Source: Gemmatimonadaceae bacterium
GTDB taxonomy: Bacteria > Gemmatimonadota > Gemmatimonadetes > Gemmatimonadales > Gemmatimonadaceae
Reading direction: 5' to 3'
Length of the DNA: 49,319 nt
Assembly: GCA_040902005.1 (NCBI GenBank)
Contig: JBBDYA010000010.1
Location: 1 to 49,319 of the forward strand
Below are positions 24,015 through 32,218 of the stretch, piece after piece; position 1 is the first letter of the stretch; every line of letters starts with the position of its first letter. The notes beneath the pieces were generated by a model. That model saw only the letters and a list, made by a program, of their open reading frames with translations, was not told the DNA's origin and did not search any database. The translations under genes and the position numbers were made by a program.

Positions 24015-24890
24015 ATGTGGCGGTATGGCGTAGCGGGTCTCATCGCGCTGGTCAGCACTTCGCTCGCGGCGACGCCCGCGCGCGCACAGCAGCCGGAGCG
24101 AATGCGGATGGGCGCTGGAATGATGAACATGAGCCACGATTCGGCGACCAGGGCTCAAATGGTCGTGATTCATGAATTGGTGGTCAATCACGACCGGATC
24201 AAGCGCACCGTCACGAACCTTACCAACGGGATTCGCGCTGTCACCGAGACTGACGATCCGCGCCTGCGACAGCTCATCCAGCAGCACGTGACGGACATGG
24301 ATCGACGCGTTAAACGGGGCGACGACCCGGGCCTGCCGGTGGAGACACCCGCGATGCATACGATCTTTCGCAATCATGACAAGATCCGCACGACCACCAA
24401 GGCGACCGCCAAAGGCATCGTCGTCGAGCAGACCTCGAGCGATTCGACCGTGGTCGCCGCATTGCAGCAGCATGCGGCGGAAGTGAGCAATCTCGTGCAA
24501 GGCGGCATGACCGCGCTGCAGGAGCGAGGCAAACGAGCCATGGGCATGGACCAGAGCACGTCGACGCACAAGTTCGAAGCGCTGCCGGACGGTGGCCGCA
24601 TCGAGCTGCAGCGCAGCGTCGACGATACGGCGGGGGTGGCTCAGATTCGGCGGCATCTCCGGGAGATCGCCAAGGCGTTCGCGGCGGGCGACTTCAGCAC
24701 GCCGGGTTTCGTGCACGCGCAGGAGGTCCCTGGTACCACGGTGATGGCAGCCAATCGGGCCGCGATCACCTACGTGTATGGCGAGCTCTCACGGGGCGGT
24801 GAAGTGCGAATCGTCACCACCGACCCGGACGCACTCGCGGCGATCCACGACTTCCTCTCATTCCAGCGAAAGGATCACCGCGTGCGGTGA
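24015..24890 (+). CDS. Secreted Met/His-rich hypothetical protein with four internal repeats
   Basis: Signal peptide ending ARA-Q, Met-rich segment, repeated hairpin-helix units; GGGGG RBS-like sequence upstream. Confidence 0.8.
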   Translation: MWRYGVAGLIALVSTSLAATPARAQQPERMRMGAGMMNMSHDSATRAQMVVIHELVVNHDRIKRTVTNLTNGIRAVTETDDPRLRQLIQQHVTDMDRRVKRGDDPGLPVETPAMHTIFRNHDKIRTTTKATAKGIVVEQTSSDSTVVAALQQHAAEVSNLVQGGMTALQERGKRAMGMDQSTSTHKFEALPDGGRIELQRSVDDTAGVAQIRRHLREIAKAFAAGDFSTPGFVHAQEVPGTTVMAANRAAITYVYGELSRGGEVRIVTTDPDALAAIHDFLSFQRKDHRVR

Positions 24891-24912
24891 CGTGGTCGTC
24901 CTGCGCGAGCCA

Positions 24913-25281
24913 TCAGCGCGAGGCGAGCGCGACCCAGACAAGCGACGCGATGATGACGGCGTTCAGAACGACTCCTGTCTTCGTGCCAGGCCACCCGACG
25001 ATCGTCATGATGCTCGATAACGTCACCGCAATCCAGGTCAGGGTGACTGCGTTCTGGGTCAGCCGGAACATGTGCACCGCCGCCACGCCGACCGCGACGG
25101 CGGCCAGCAGCCAGAATACTCCGACGACCCGGATCCCCACCGCTCCAACGTTTACTCGGCCGCCGAGTATGGTCGTGCGATACTGCCCGCCGGGCTCGGA
25201 CATCCATCGCCATGAGTACAGAAATCCAGGCAGGTGGGCGATCGCGTGCGCTCCGAGAAGGAGGCCAAGGAGCATTCGCAT
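24913..25281 (-). CDS. Small hypothetical membrane protein
   Basis: 122 aa, about four hydrophobic helices, HAIAH motif. Confidence 0.7.
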   Translation of the reverse strand: MRMLLGLLLGAHAIAHLPGFLYSWRWMSEPGGQYRTTILGGRVNVGAVGIRVVGVFWLLAAVAVGVAAVHMFRLTQNAVTLTWIAVTLSSIMTIVGWPGTKTGVVLNAVIIASLVWVALASR

Positions 25282-25282
25282 G

Positions 25283-25438
25283 CTAGTACCGGACCTGGAC
25301 CCTTCGCGTAGAGCGCACGGCCAGGCAGCCGAGCGTCAGCAGCGCCGCGCCGACCAGAACGAATTGTGCCGGCCAGATGGCGGCGTTGTGGTCCGCAAAG
25401 ATCTGAAAGAACTGCTCACTCGTGAAAGGCAGTGTCAT
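25283..25438 (-). pseudogene. Truncated DUF6064-like membrane protein (51 aa)
   Basis: MTLPFTSEQFFQIFADHNAAIWPAQ resembles the DUF6064 N-terminus; stops after the first TM helix. Confidence 0.55.
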
Positions 25439-25568
25439 TAATCCCCCGCGCAGACCGAAGCGCGATGATTTTCTCGGTAGGTTTTCCGGGCCGGCCGCCT
25501 ATTCCCACCGCGGCGGCGAGATAGATGTGGGCAGCGAGAAAAGCAGCGCGATCGCGCCGATCGCAACG

Positions 25569-26537
25569 TTACGGCGTCGCATCGGGCGGAGGCGCGACGA
25601 GTACCGAGCATGGCGCCGCGCGCAGGATCTGCGACGGCGTGCTGCCGACCATGAGCCGATCGAGGACGTTCTGCTTGTGACTCCCCAGCGCGATGAGATC
25701 GGCTTTCACGGACTTCGCCGCCTGGAGCACCTTCTCGATCACGCTGCCGGTGAGCAGCTCGGTGGTGATCTCGATCCCGGGATGCTCTCCCAGCTCGTCG
25801 CGGACGCGGGCAAACTCATGCTCCGCGCCGGCCGCGTAGGCACGCTCCCACTCCGAGTCCGCGAACGCGGTCACGTTGTAGCTCCACTTCACGTGCACCA
25901 GATGAAGGCGGCCGGGCCGCTGCAGCAGCGCTAGGGCTTCTCGCGCCGCCCGCATGCTCGACTCGCCGAAATCCAGCGCGACGACCACGACCTTCGGGCG
26001 CGCGCCCCAGCGATCGCCGGGATGCACGGCGAGCGCCGGGACATCGGAGTGGCGGGCGACGCGCGCCGCGGTTTCGGCGCCGAAGAGTCGCGCGAGCGTA
26101 CGGTGACGACTCAGACCCATGACGATGAGACCCGCTTTGCGGGCGCGCGCCGCTCGAACGATCTCCGGCGCGGCGCCGCCGAACTCGACCACGAGGTTCC
26201 ACGAGGCCGCGCCGTACCTCGACAGCTGCCGCCGAATGGTCGCTGTCAGGCTGTCGGCGTGCGCGATCTCGATCTGCGCGGGCGGCGCGGGGAGCATCAC
26301 GTCGCCCACGGCGATCGGCATGGGCTCGCATACCGTGAGGATCTCCGGCGCCCACGCGCCCGCGTCGGCCATGGTCCGCGCGAACCGCAGCGCCGCCGTT
26401 GCCTGGCGGCTGCCGTCGGTGGCGATGAGCACGCGACGCGGCGGACCCTCACGCGGTGCGACGACGGGTGCGGCGCCGAGCGGGCGCCGGATCGGCTTCG
26501 TTTTGCTGCGTCTATGAGTGCGACGAGTTGCGGGCAT
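25569..26537 (-). CDS. Universal stress protein (two USP domains)
   Basis: VLIATDGS..LIVMG and VVALDFG..DLIALGSH..GSTP..APCSVLV. Confidence 0.92.
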   Translation of the reverse strand: MPATRRTHRRSKTKPIRRPLGAAPVVAPREGPPRRVLIATDGSRQATAALRFARTMADAGAWAPEILTVCEPMPIAVGDVMLPAPPAQIEIAHADSLTATIRRQLSRYGAASWNLVVEFGGAAPEIVRAARARKAGLIVMGLSRHRTLARLFGAETAARVARHSDVPALAVHPGDRWGARPKVVVVALDFGESSMRAAREALALLQRPGRLHLVHVKWSYNVTAFADSEWERAYAAGAEHEFARVRDELGEHPGIEITTELLTGSVIEKVLQAAKSVKADLIALGSHKQNVLDRLMVGSTPSQILRAAPCSVLVAPPPDATP

Positions 26538-26619
26538 GGTGTCTCCTTACATCGCCATGCGTGTGACCACGGGGGCGATGCGTTTGAAGGCGATGATGGC
26601 GAATGCCAGGCGGACGCGC

Positions 26620-27030
26620 TCAACCAGCATGGCGAGGCTCCGGCAGCGCCCAGCGTCCCCAGAGGAAGGGCATGAACGCGAGTGCCGCGAGCGCGACCGG
26701 CCACAGGCGGCCGTTCCAGAGCTCGTAGTTCGCGAAGAGCTCCGCCCACGTCTTCCCGTCGACGTAGCGGCCGAACAGGAACTCGAACGCCACCGTCAGC
26801 GCCACGAGCGTGACGCTCGCACGGACCATCTCCGGCACCGGCCGTCCGGCCAGCGGGCGCAGAAGGTAGCGCGTCATCACCACGATGATGGCGATGCCCA
26901 GCGTGACACTGAGGATCTCCGCCGCGAGCGCTCCGACGAACCGCTCGATCACGAGCTCGCGGACGACACCGTTCGCGATCATCGCGGGAAGGATGATCAA
27001 CCAGGCTCTGAGAACTCGGGTGAGCGTCAT
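26620..27030 (-). CDS. Hypothetical membrane protein
   Basis: IANGVVRE, LTVAFEFLFG, YELWNGRLW; four TM helices; GGAGG RBS. Confidence 0.75.
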   Translation of the reverse strand: MTLTRVLRAWLIILPAMIANGVVRELVIERFVGALAAEILSVTLGIAIIVVMTRYLLRPLAGRPVPEMVRASVTLVALTVAFEFLFGRYVDGKTWAELFANYELWNGRLWPVALAALAFMPFLWGRWALPEPRHAG

Positions 27031-27046
27031 CGGCTTGCCTCCAGCG

Positions 27047-27568
27047 TCAGGAACCGTTTGTGGGCCGTCGGCGCTTTGGCGCCTTTGCGACCGGCTGCGC
27101 GCGGCGCCCTCCCCGCTTCGCCGTCGCCGGCTGCGCCATTCGGCCGGACACGTGATCGATGTGCAATCCGTACACGTTCTCACGCGCGGGCGTCGGGTCG
27201 CTTGGCATCAATGTCTCCGGCACCACCCGCCGCAGCGCGGCGAGGGCGCGCTCGAACTCGCGTCGCTCGATCGGCGCTCCATCCGCCGGCAGCATGTAGA
27301 TCGTCCCGTGGACGACGACACTGCGCCAGTCGAAGGGGCCCTTCACCTCGTCCACCTCGAAGGCGACGAAGGGGTTGTGCGCGAGCGCCTCGAGCTTGGA
27401 CCCATAGGCTGAACGGAAGAACAGCCAGTTGCCACGCGCGACGTAGCCGATCGGCTCGATGTCGACCGTTCTCTGGTTGATGAACGCGAGGCGACCGACG
27501 TGATTGCGGTCGAGCACGTCCTGGCAATCGGAGCTCGTGAGGATCAGAAACTGCGGCGCGTGTGTCAT
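27047..27568 (-). CDS. Pyridoxamine 5'-phosphate oxidase-like flavin-binding protein
   Basis: HVGRLA, GSKL, VAFEVDE and WRSVVVHG motifs. Confidence 0.88.
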   Translation of the reverse strand: MTHAPQFLILTSSDCQDVLDRNHVGRLAFINQRTVDIEPIGYVARGNWLFFRSAYGSKLEALAHNPFVAFEVDEVKGPFDWRSVVVHGTIYMLPADGAPIERREFERALAALRRVVPETLMPSDPTPARENVYGLHIDHVSGRMAQPATAKRGGRRAQPVAKAPKRRRPTNGS

Positions 27569-27604
27569 TGCCGAGAGTATGCGCGCAAATGCTGGCGCGC
27601 AGAG

Positions 27605-27686
27605 TCGGCGAATCGCCGAATTCGCGTCGGGGGCTTGCCTGTCCGACCCGCAGAGAAATGCCGACAGAGCTTCCGATATTTCCCGA
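27605..27686. promoter_or_regulatory. Four palindromic boxes phased at 22/23/22 bp in a divergent promoter
   Basis: TCGGCGAATCGCCGA (27605), TCGGGGGCTTGCCTG (27627), GCAGAGAAATGCCGA (27650), TCCGATATTTCCCGA (27672). Confidence 0.6.
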
Positions 27687-27756
27687 CCGCATGCACGAGA
27701 GTCGTCGAGGATCGTTCATCGTGACCGCACACCCTCTCCGCCAGCTGCCGCACTTC

Positions 27757-29067
27757 ATGACGCGGCGACTGCGTGCCCCCAGCCTCAGCTGGCGAGCGCG
27801 GTTGCTGATGGCGGCGGTCGCGTTCGGTGGTGCGTCGTTGGCCGTATTCCGCGCGACGGTGCCGGACGTCCAGACGCTCGTGATTCAACCCGACATCGCG
27901 CTGGTCGATGCCGAGGCTCAGGGTTTCCCGCGCGTGCTCGAATCGTATACGGGGGCGCGCCTGGAAAGCGGCAACAGCGTGGATTTGCTGCTGAACGGCC
28001 ACGGAACCTACCCGCGCCTCTGGCGCGATCTGCGCGCCGCGAGGCGCTCGATCACCGTCCAATCCTATTACGCCAAACCGGGCGCGATTACCGACTCGCT
28101 GTCGCAGATCCTGCAAGACCAGGCTCGCGCGGGCGTACATGTCCTGCTGTTGCTGGACGCGTTCGGCTCCTCCGCGATGTCGCACGCCTGGATCCGCGAG
28201 ATGCGACGCCAGGGCGTTCGTGTCGCGTTGCTCCGTCCCGTTCACTGGCACAGCATGCACGGGGCGGCGGACCGCTCGCACGTGCGCGTCGTCGTGATCG
28301 ACGGCCGCGTGGGATACACCGGAGGCTTCGGATTCGCGGATTACTGGGACGGCGACGGCCGGCACGAGCAACAGTGGCGGGAGACGAACGTCCGGGCCGA
28401 GGGTCCCGTGGCGCTGCAGTTCCAGACGACCTTTGCGGCCGGATGGCTCGAGGCGACGGGCGAGCTGTTGACCGATCGTGTGTACCTTGGCGCCGACTCG
28501 CCGCGCGACAGCGGCACGCGAGACGCCGCACTCCTCTTCACCACGACGAGCACCGGCAGCACGACGGCCGAGCGTTTTCTGGCGCTCGCGATCTTGAGCG
28601 CGCGCCGGCAGCTCCACGTGACGAACTCCTATTTCGTCCCCAGCCCCGATTTCCGGCGGCTCTTGGCCGCCGCCGTGCGGCGCGGCGTGGATGTCCGAAT
28701 TCTCACCGCCGGCAATGACACGGACGTCCGGACGACGCGCTATGCCGGACGATATCACTACGAGAAGCTGTTGCGCGCGGGCGTGCGGATCTACGAGTAC
28801 CAGGCGGCGATGATGCACGCCAAGACGATGACCGTCGATGGCCTGTGGGCGACCGTCGGCTCGATGAACTTCGACAACCGGTCGCTGGCATTCAACGACG
28901 AATCGACGCTGCTGGTTCGCGATCGGGGGTTCGTCGCGGAGATGGATTCGGTGTTCGCGGCCGACCTCGGGCACGCGCGCGAGATTACGCTCGACACATT
29001 CCGGCGGCGCGGCGCGCTCGAGCGCCTGCTGGAGATCGGCGCCAACCTGTTGTCAGCGCTTCTCTGA
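27757..29067 (+). CDS. Cardiolipin synthase-like phospholipase D
   Basis: GNSVDLL, SHVRVVVIDG..YTGG, NSYFVP, HAKTMTVDG..GSMNFDNRS; start uncertain. Confidence 0.88.
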   Translation: MTRRLRAPSLSWRARLLMAAVAFGGASLAVFRATVPDVQTLVIQPDIALVDAEAQGFPRVLESYTGARLESGNSVDLLLNGHGTYPRLWRDLRAARRSITVQSYYAKPGAITDSLSQILQDQARAGVHVLLLLDAFGSSAMSHAWIREMRRQGVRVALLRPVHWHSMHGAADRSHVRVVVIDGRVGYTGGFGFADYWDGDGRHEQQWRETNVRAEGPVALQFQTTFAAGWLEATGELLTDRVYLGADSPRDSGTRDAALLFTTTSTGSTTAERFLALAILSARRQLHVTNSYFVPSPDFRRLLAAAVRRGVDVRILTAGNDTDVRTTRYAGRYHYEKLLRAGVRIYEYQAAMMHAKTMTVDGLWATVGSMNFDNRSLAFNDESTLLVRDRGFVAEMDSVFAADLGHAREITLDTFRRRGALERLLEIGANLLSALL

Positions 29068-29433
29068 GCGGTCTCGTATCGACCGCGCGGCGGCCACGGC
29101 CAGGCCGACCGCGAATGCCACCCAGGCAGCGCGAATGAACCCCGCCAACAGCCGATGCGGCCTGGCGTTGCCGTCGAGCGCCACGAGAAACGCGAGCACG
29201 GGTGGGAGCGCGATCGCTCCGATGAGGGCCGCCGTGCGCGCCGCGCGCCACGACCACGCATGCTGGTCGGAGGCGTACGCCATCCAGCCGGCGCCGAGGC
29301 CGAGCAACGCGCCCGGCGCCATGAAGACGACGAGCTGATAGACGGCGATGCCCCAGGGCTCCGTCGCCAGCACCCACACCGCGAGTCCGCCGGCAATGCC
29401 GGCAACGTACTGGAGTCTCTTTCGTGTCATCAT
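29053..29433 (-). CDS. Small hypothetical membrane protein
   Basis: Four hydrophobic segments; convergent overlap with the cls-like gene. Confidence 0.55.
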   Translation of the reverse strand: MMTRKRLQYVAGIAGGLAVWVLATEPWGIAVYQLVVFMAPGALLGLGAGWMAYASDQHAWSWRAARTAALIGAIALPPVLAFLVALDGNARPHRLLAGFIRAAWVAFAVGLAVAAARSIRDRSEKR

Positions 29434-29488
29434 GACGGAGTGCGGAAGCATTGTGCACTCAATGTCGCGTTCGGAAGTCCGCCGGCAG

Positions 29489-29546
29489 TCAGGAAGACGG
29501 GCGCGGCCTGTCGTGGAAAACCTGATGACTTGCATGGTTCGCCCGA
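29489..29546. promoter_or_regulatory. Phased palindromic boxes upstream of the CBS gene
   Basis: TCGTGGAAAACCTGA (29511), with weaker copies at 29489 and 29532. Confidence 0.45.
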
Positions 29547-29613
29547 CAGACGCGGCGTTCGCTCACCGGTAGCCTCCGATAGCGAAACATGCGAAATATG
29601 CGCGGAGGCGCCC

Positions 29614-30195
29614 ATGCTGCGATTGCGTGACATCATGACATCAGACGTCGTCACCGTAGGCCAGGAGCTCACGCTCCGAGACGCGATGGACCTCTTGACC
29701 ACACGTCACATCTCCGGCGCTCCGGTCGTCGCGCGGGGCAAAGTCGTTGGCGTCGTCTCCCTCACCGATCTTGCGGAGTCCGCGGCGGGGACGCCGGGAG
29801 TTCCCACCCAGCGGCCCGACGTCGCCGAATGGGGCGAATTCGAGAACCCCGGCGATTGGGTAGAGGGCGACGAGCCACCCAGCGCGTACTTCGCCGAGAT
29901 GTACGACGACGCCGGCGCCGACGTGTCCGTGCGCATGGCCGAGACCATGGGACCGGAATGGAACGTGCTCGAGGAGCACACGGTCGCCGAGGCGATGAAC
30001 CGCAAGGTGGCGTCGCTGCCGGCGGACACGCCGGTCGAGCATGCCGCGGCTGTGATGCAGCGCGCCGGGATCCACCGCGTGCTGGTAATGGAGAACGGTA
30101 ATCTGCTGGGCGTCGTCACGACCAAGGACATCAGCGACGCGGTCGCCGACCACCAGCTCACGAAACGGGTCTACGTCTTCGACCGCCGGCCGTAA
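29614..30195 (+). CDS. CBS-domain protein
   Basis: LRDIMTSDVVTV..ISGAPVV..GVVSLTD and TVAEAMN..IHRVLV..GVVTTKD; GGAGG RBS. Confidence 0.9.
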   Translation: MLRLRDIMTSDVVTVGQELTLRDAMDLLTTRHISGAPVVARGKVVGVVSLTDLAESAAGTPGVPTQRPDVAEWGEFENPGDWVEGDEPPSAYFAEMYDDAGADVSVRMAETMGPEWNVLEEHTVAEAMNRKVASLPADTPVEHAAAVMQRAGIHRVLVMENGNLLGVVTTKDISDAVADHQLTKRVYVFDRRP

Positions 30196-30266
30196 CGAAC
30201 GGCCCCTGTCACTCACGACCGCTGAGATCTCCCGCATCTCGCTGCTGCTCTATCTGCGCGGGTTCT

Positions 30267-30767
30267 TCATCCTCGGGCTCGCCCACGAGTTGTTTCGAAG
30301 AACATGCTCGGTGATACGCCGCCCAGTCCGGAGCGCTCGAGCCAGGCGTCGAGCGCTACCACGAGTCGCTCTTGTGTCTCGATCGGAAGACCATCGAAGC
30401 CGGCGACCAACCGTTCCTGCACCGTCGCGCCAGCGCGCTCCGCGATGTTCTGGCCACTCCGGGTCAGCCGGAGCTCGACCCGGCGCGCGTCCGACGTAGC
30501 CACGCAACGCTCCACGAGCCCGGCCGCGACAAGGCGCGAAGCCACCTCTGATACCGAGCTCGGCGCGCTGCGAGTTCGCTGGGCCAGGGCCGCGAGCGAG
30601 AGGCCGGGAGCGGACGCGATCTGACGCAAGACGAAGAGCTGGGCGGTGGTGACACGAAAGTTTCCCTCGGTACGCGCGTTCGCCGAGTGGAGCGCGTGCA
30701 CGATGCACCGGAGCGCGTCCATCGCGCGTGTCGCGTCCGCACGCGCCGGCGCGGCCGATGGAATCAC
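30267..30767 (-). CDS. MarR-family transcriptional regulator
   Basis: TTAQLFVL..SLAALA..SSVSEVASRLVAAGLVER..DARRVELRLT; start uncertain (30767 or 30722). Confidence 0.85.
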   Translation of the reverse strand: MIPSAAPARADATRAMDALRCIVHALHSANARTEGNFRVTTAQLFVLRQIASAPGLSLAALAQRTRSAPSSVSEVASRLVAAGLVERCVATSDARRVELRLTRSGQNIAERAGATVQERLVAGFDGLPIETQERLVVALDAWLERSGLGGVSPSMFFETTRGRARG

Positions 30768-30849
30768 GCGGCCTCCTGGGGCGTGGAACGACGCGCCCGC
30801 ACGAGCGGCACGTGCGTTCTCAGGAACGCCTTGACGAACCAGTCCATCG

Positions 30850-31863
30850 TCAGTGCGCCATGCGAGTGAAAGCCTTGGGCGTGCCGACCTGGATGATCCC
30901 GACCGCGCCTTTTTCCGCGTCGGCAAAGCTGTGTGTGACGAATGGGTACAGCCCCTCACCGCTCCGGCCTTTCTCGAAGATCGTCTCGAAGACGGCACCG
31001 CCACCGGCGGGCACCGTGTACGTCTGCACCCTCGCGAAAGCGTGATCCGGATCGCCATCCGGATATACGCGATCGAATATCGCTCCGACCACGTGGAAGT
31101 CGCTACGGAACGTGGGACCAGCGTTCACGACGAAGAAGCGCACGCGATCGCCCTCGTCCACCTTGAGCGGGGTGTCCTTGTACTGGAAGGACCGGCCGTT
31201 GAACACAACATACGAGGCGCGCTTGGACATGGCTGCATTCCAATCGGGTCCCGTACGCTTGAGCGAATCGGTTGTCGTGTAGAACTCGCTCTGCACGAGG
31301 ACGAATTCCTTGTCCGCGTCGGTGCCCCACCCGCCTTTGGGATCCACGATGATCGCGAAATACATCCCTTGCATCAGGTGCATCGTGATCGGCGGAGTGC
31401 CGCAGTGCACGAGGTAGGCGCCCGGGTCGCGCGCGACGAACTCGAACGAGATGGAGTCGCCCGGAACCAGCATCCGGTACGCTACGTTGGCCGGAATGCG
31501 CGCCGAGTGGAAGTCGATCGAATGAGGCATCGGCGACTTGTTGACGACTTTCACGCGCACCAAGTCGCCTTCGCGAACGCGAAGCGTGGGTCCCGGCACG
31601 GTCCCGCCAAAGGTCCATCCCTCGTACTTCACGCCTTTCGCGATCTCGATCGTGTCATGCGTGATGGGGATGATGAATTCCTTCACGTCAGCGTCGGACG
31701 CGGGTTTGAGACGTGCGTCGAATGCGGGCACGGTTGCGGTCCTGACCGTGCCGAAATCGACGCGCTCGACAGTATCGTTGCCGCGCGCCGCGGCGAGCAC
31801 AACCATCGCGGCAGCGACGCTTCCGGTGGCGAGGAGCAGTTGAGTCAGTGTGCGGGAACGCAT
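30850..31863 (-). CDS. nirK: Copper-containing nitrite reductase
   Basis: Signal peptide; PHSIDFH, HCGTPPITMHLMQGM, FHVVG and VTHSF supply the type-1/type-2 Cu ligands and the catalytic Asp/His. Confidence 0.82.
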   Translation of the reverse strand: MRSRTLTQLLLATGSVAAAMVVLAAARGNDTVERVDFGTVRTATVPAFDARLKPASDADVKEFIIPITHDTIEIAKGVKYEGWTFGGTVPGPTLRVREGDLVRVKVVNKSPMPHSIDFHSARIPANVAYRMLVPGDSISFEFVARDPGAYLVHCGTPPITMHLMQGMYFAIIVDPKGGWGTDADKEFVLVQSEFYTTTDSLKRTGPDWNAAMSKRASYVVFNGRSFQYKDTPLKVDEGDRVRFFVVNAGPTFRSDFHVVGAIFDRVYPDGDPDHAFARVQTYTVPAGGGAVFETIFEKGRSGEGLYPFVTHSFADAEKGAVGIIQVGTPKAFTRMAH

Positions 31864-31957
31864 CTTTTCTCCGGGCTAATTGGACGTGTTGGTTCTCTCG
31901 TCCAGCAAATTGCTTCGGACCCGATGTATTTCCTGTCGGCGAAAAGTGGAATCTCGC

Positions 31958-32016
31958 TGAGGGGGAATCGGACTCGCGCGTCGGGTAATTGCCTACACGG
32001 CGGAGGGAACTATCCG
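31958..32016. promoter_or_regulatory. Palindromic boxes upstream of nirK
   Basis: TCGGGTAATTGCCTA (31981) with weaker copies at 31958 and 32002; a further copy TAGGGGTTTTCCGCT at 32146. Confidence 0.45.
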
Positions 32017-32028
32017 CTTCAAGTCGCC

Positions 32029-32142
32029 GCGCTTCGATTTCTTCGGCGCCCGAGCCAGTGCCATGCGCCCGTCGAGCCGATCGACGTGCAGGCCGTAGAT
32101 CGTCTGCCGTTCCGGGACCGGATCGGCCGGGGCCAGCGCTGC
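32029..32142 (-). pseudogene. C-terminal remnant of a second PNPOx-like gene
   Basis: AALAPADPVPERQTIYGLHVDRLDGRMA aligns with ETLMPSDPTPARENVYGLHIDHVSGRMA of 27047..27568. Confidence 0.7.
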
Positions 32143-32218
32143 GTGTAGGGGTTTTCCGCTCGCCCGTCACACCATCTCGCCGACAGCCACGGCGGCGCGC
32201 ACTGCCTACCATGATGCC

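Noticed and set aside
30188..30204. Hairpin GGCCGT-AACGA-ACGGCC after the CBS gene as a terminator
   Set aside because: Short stem overlapping the stop codon with no U-tract; too weak to call.
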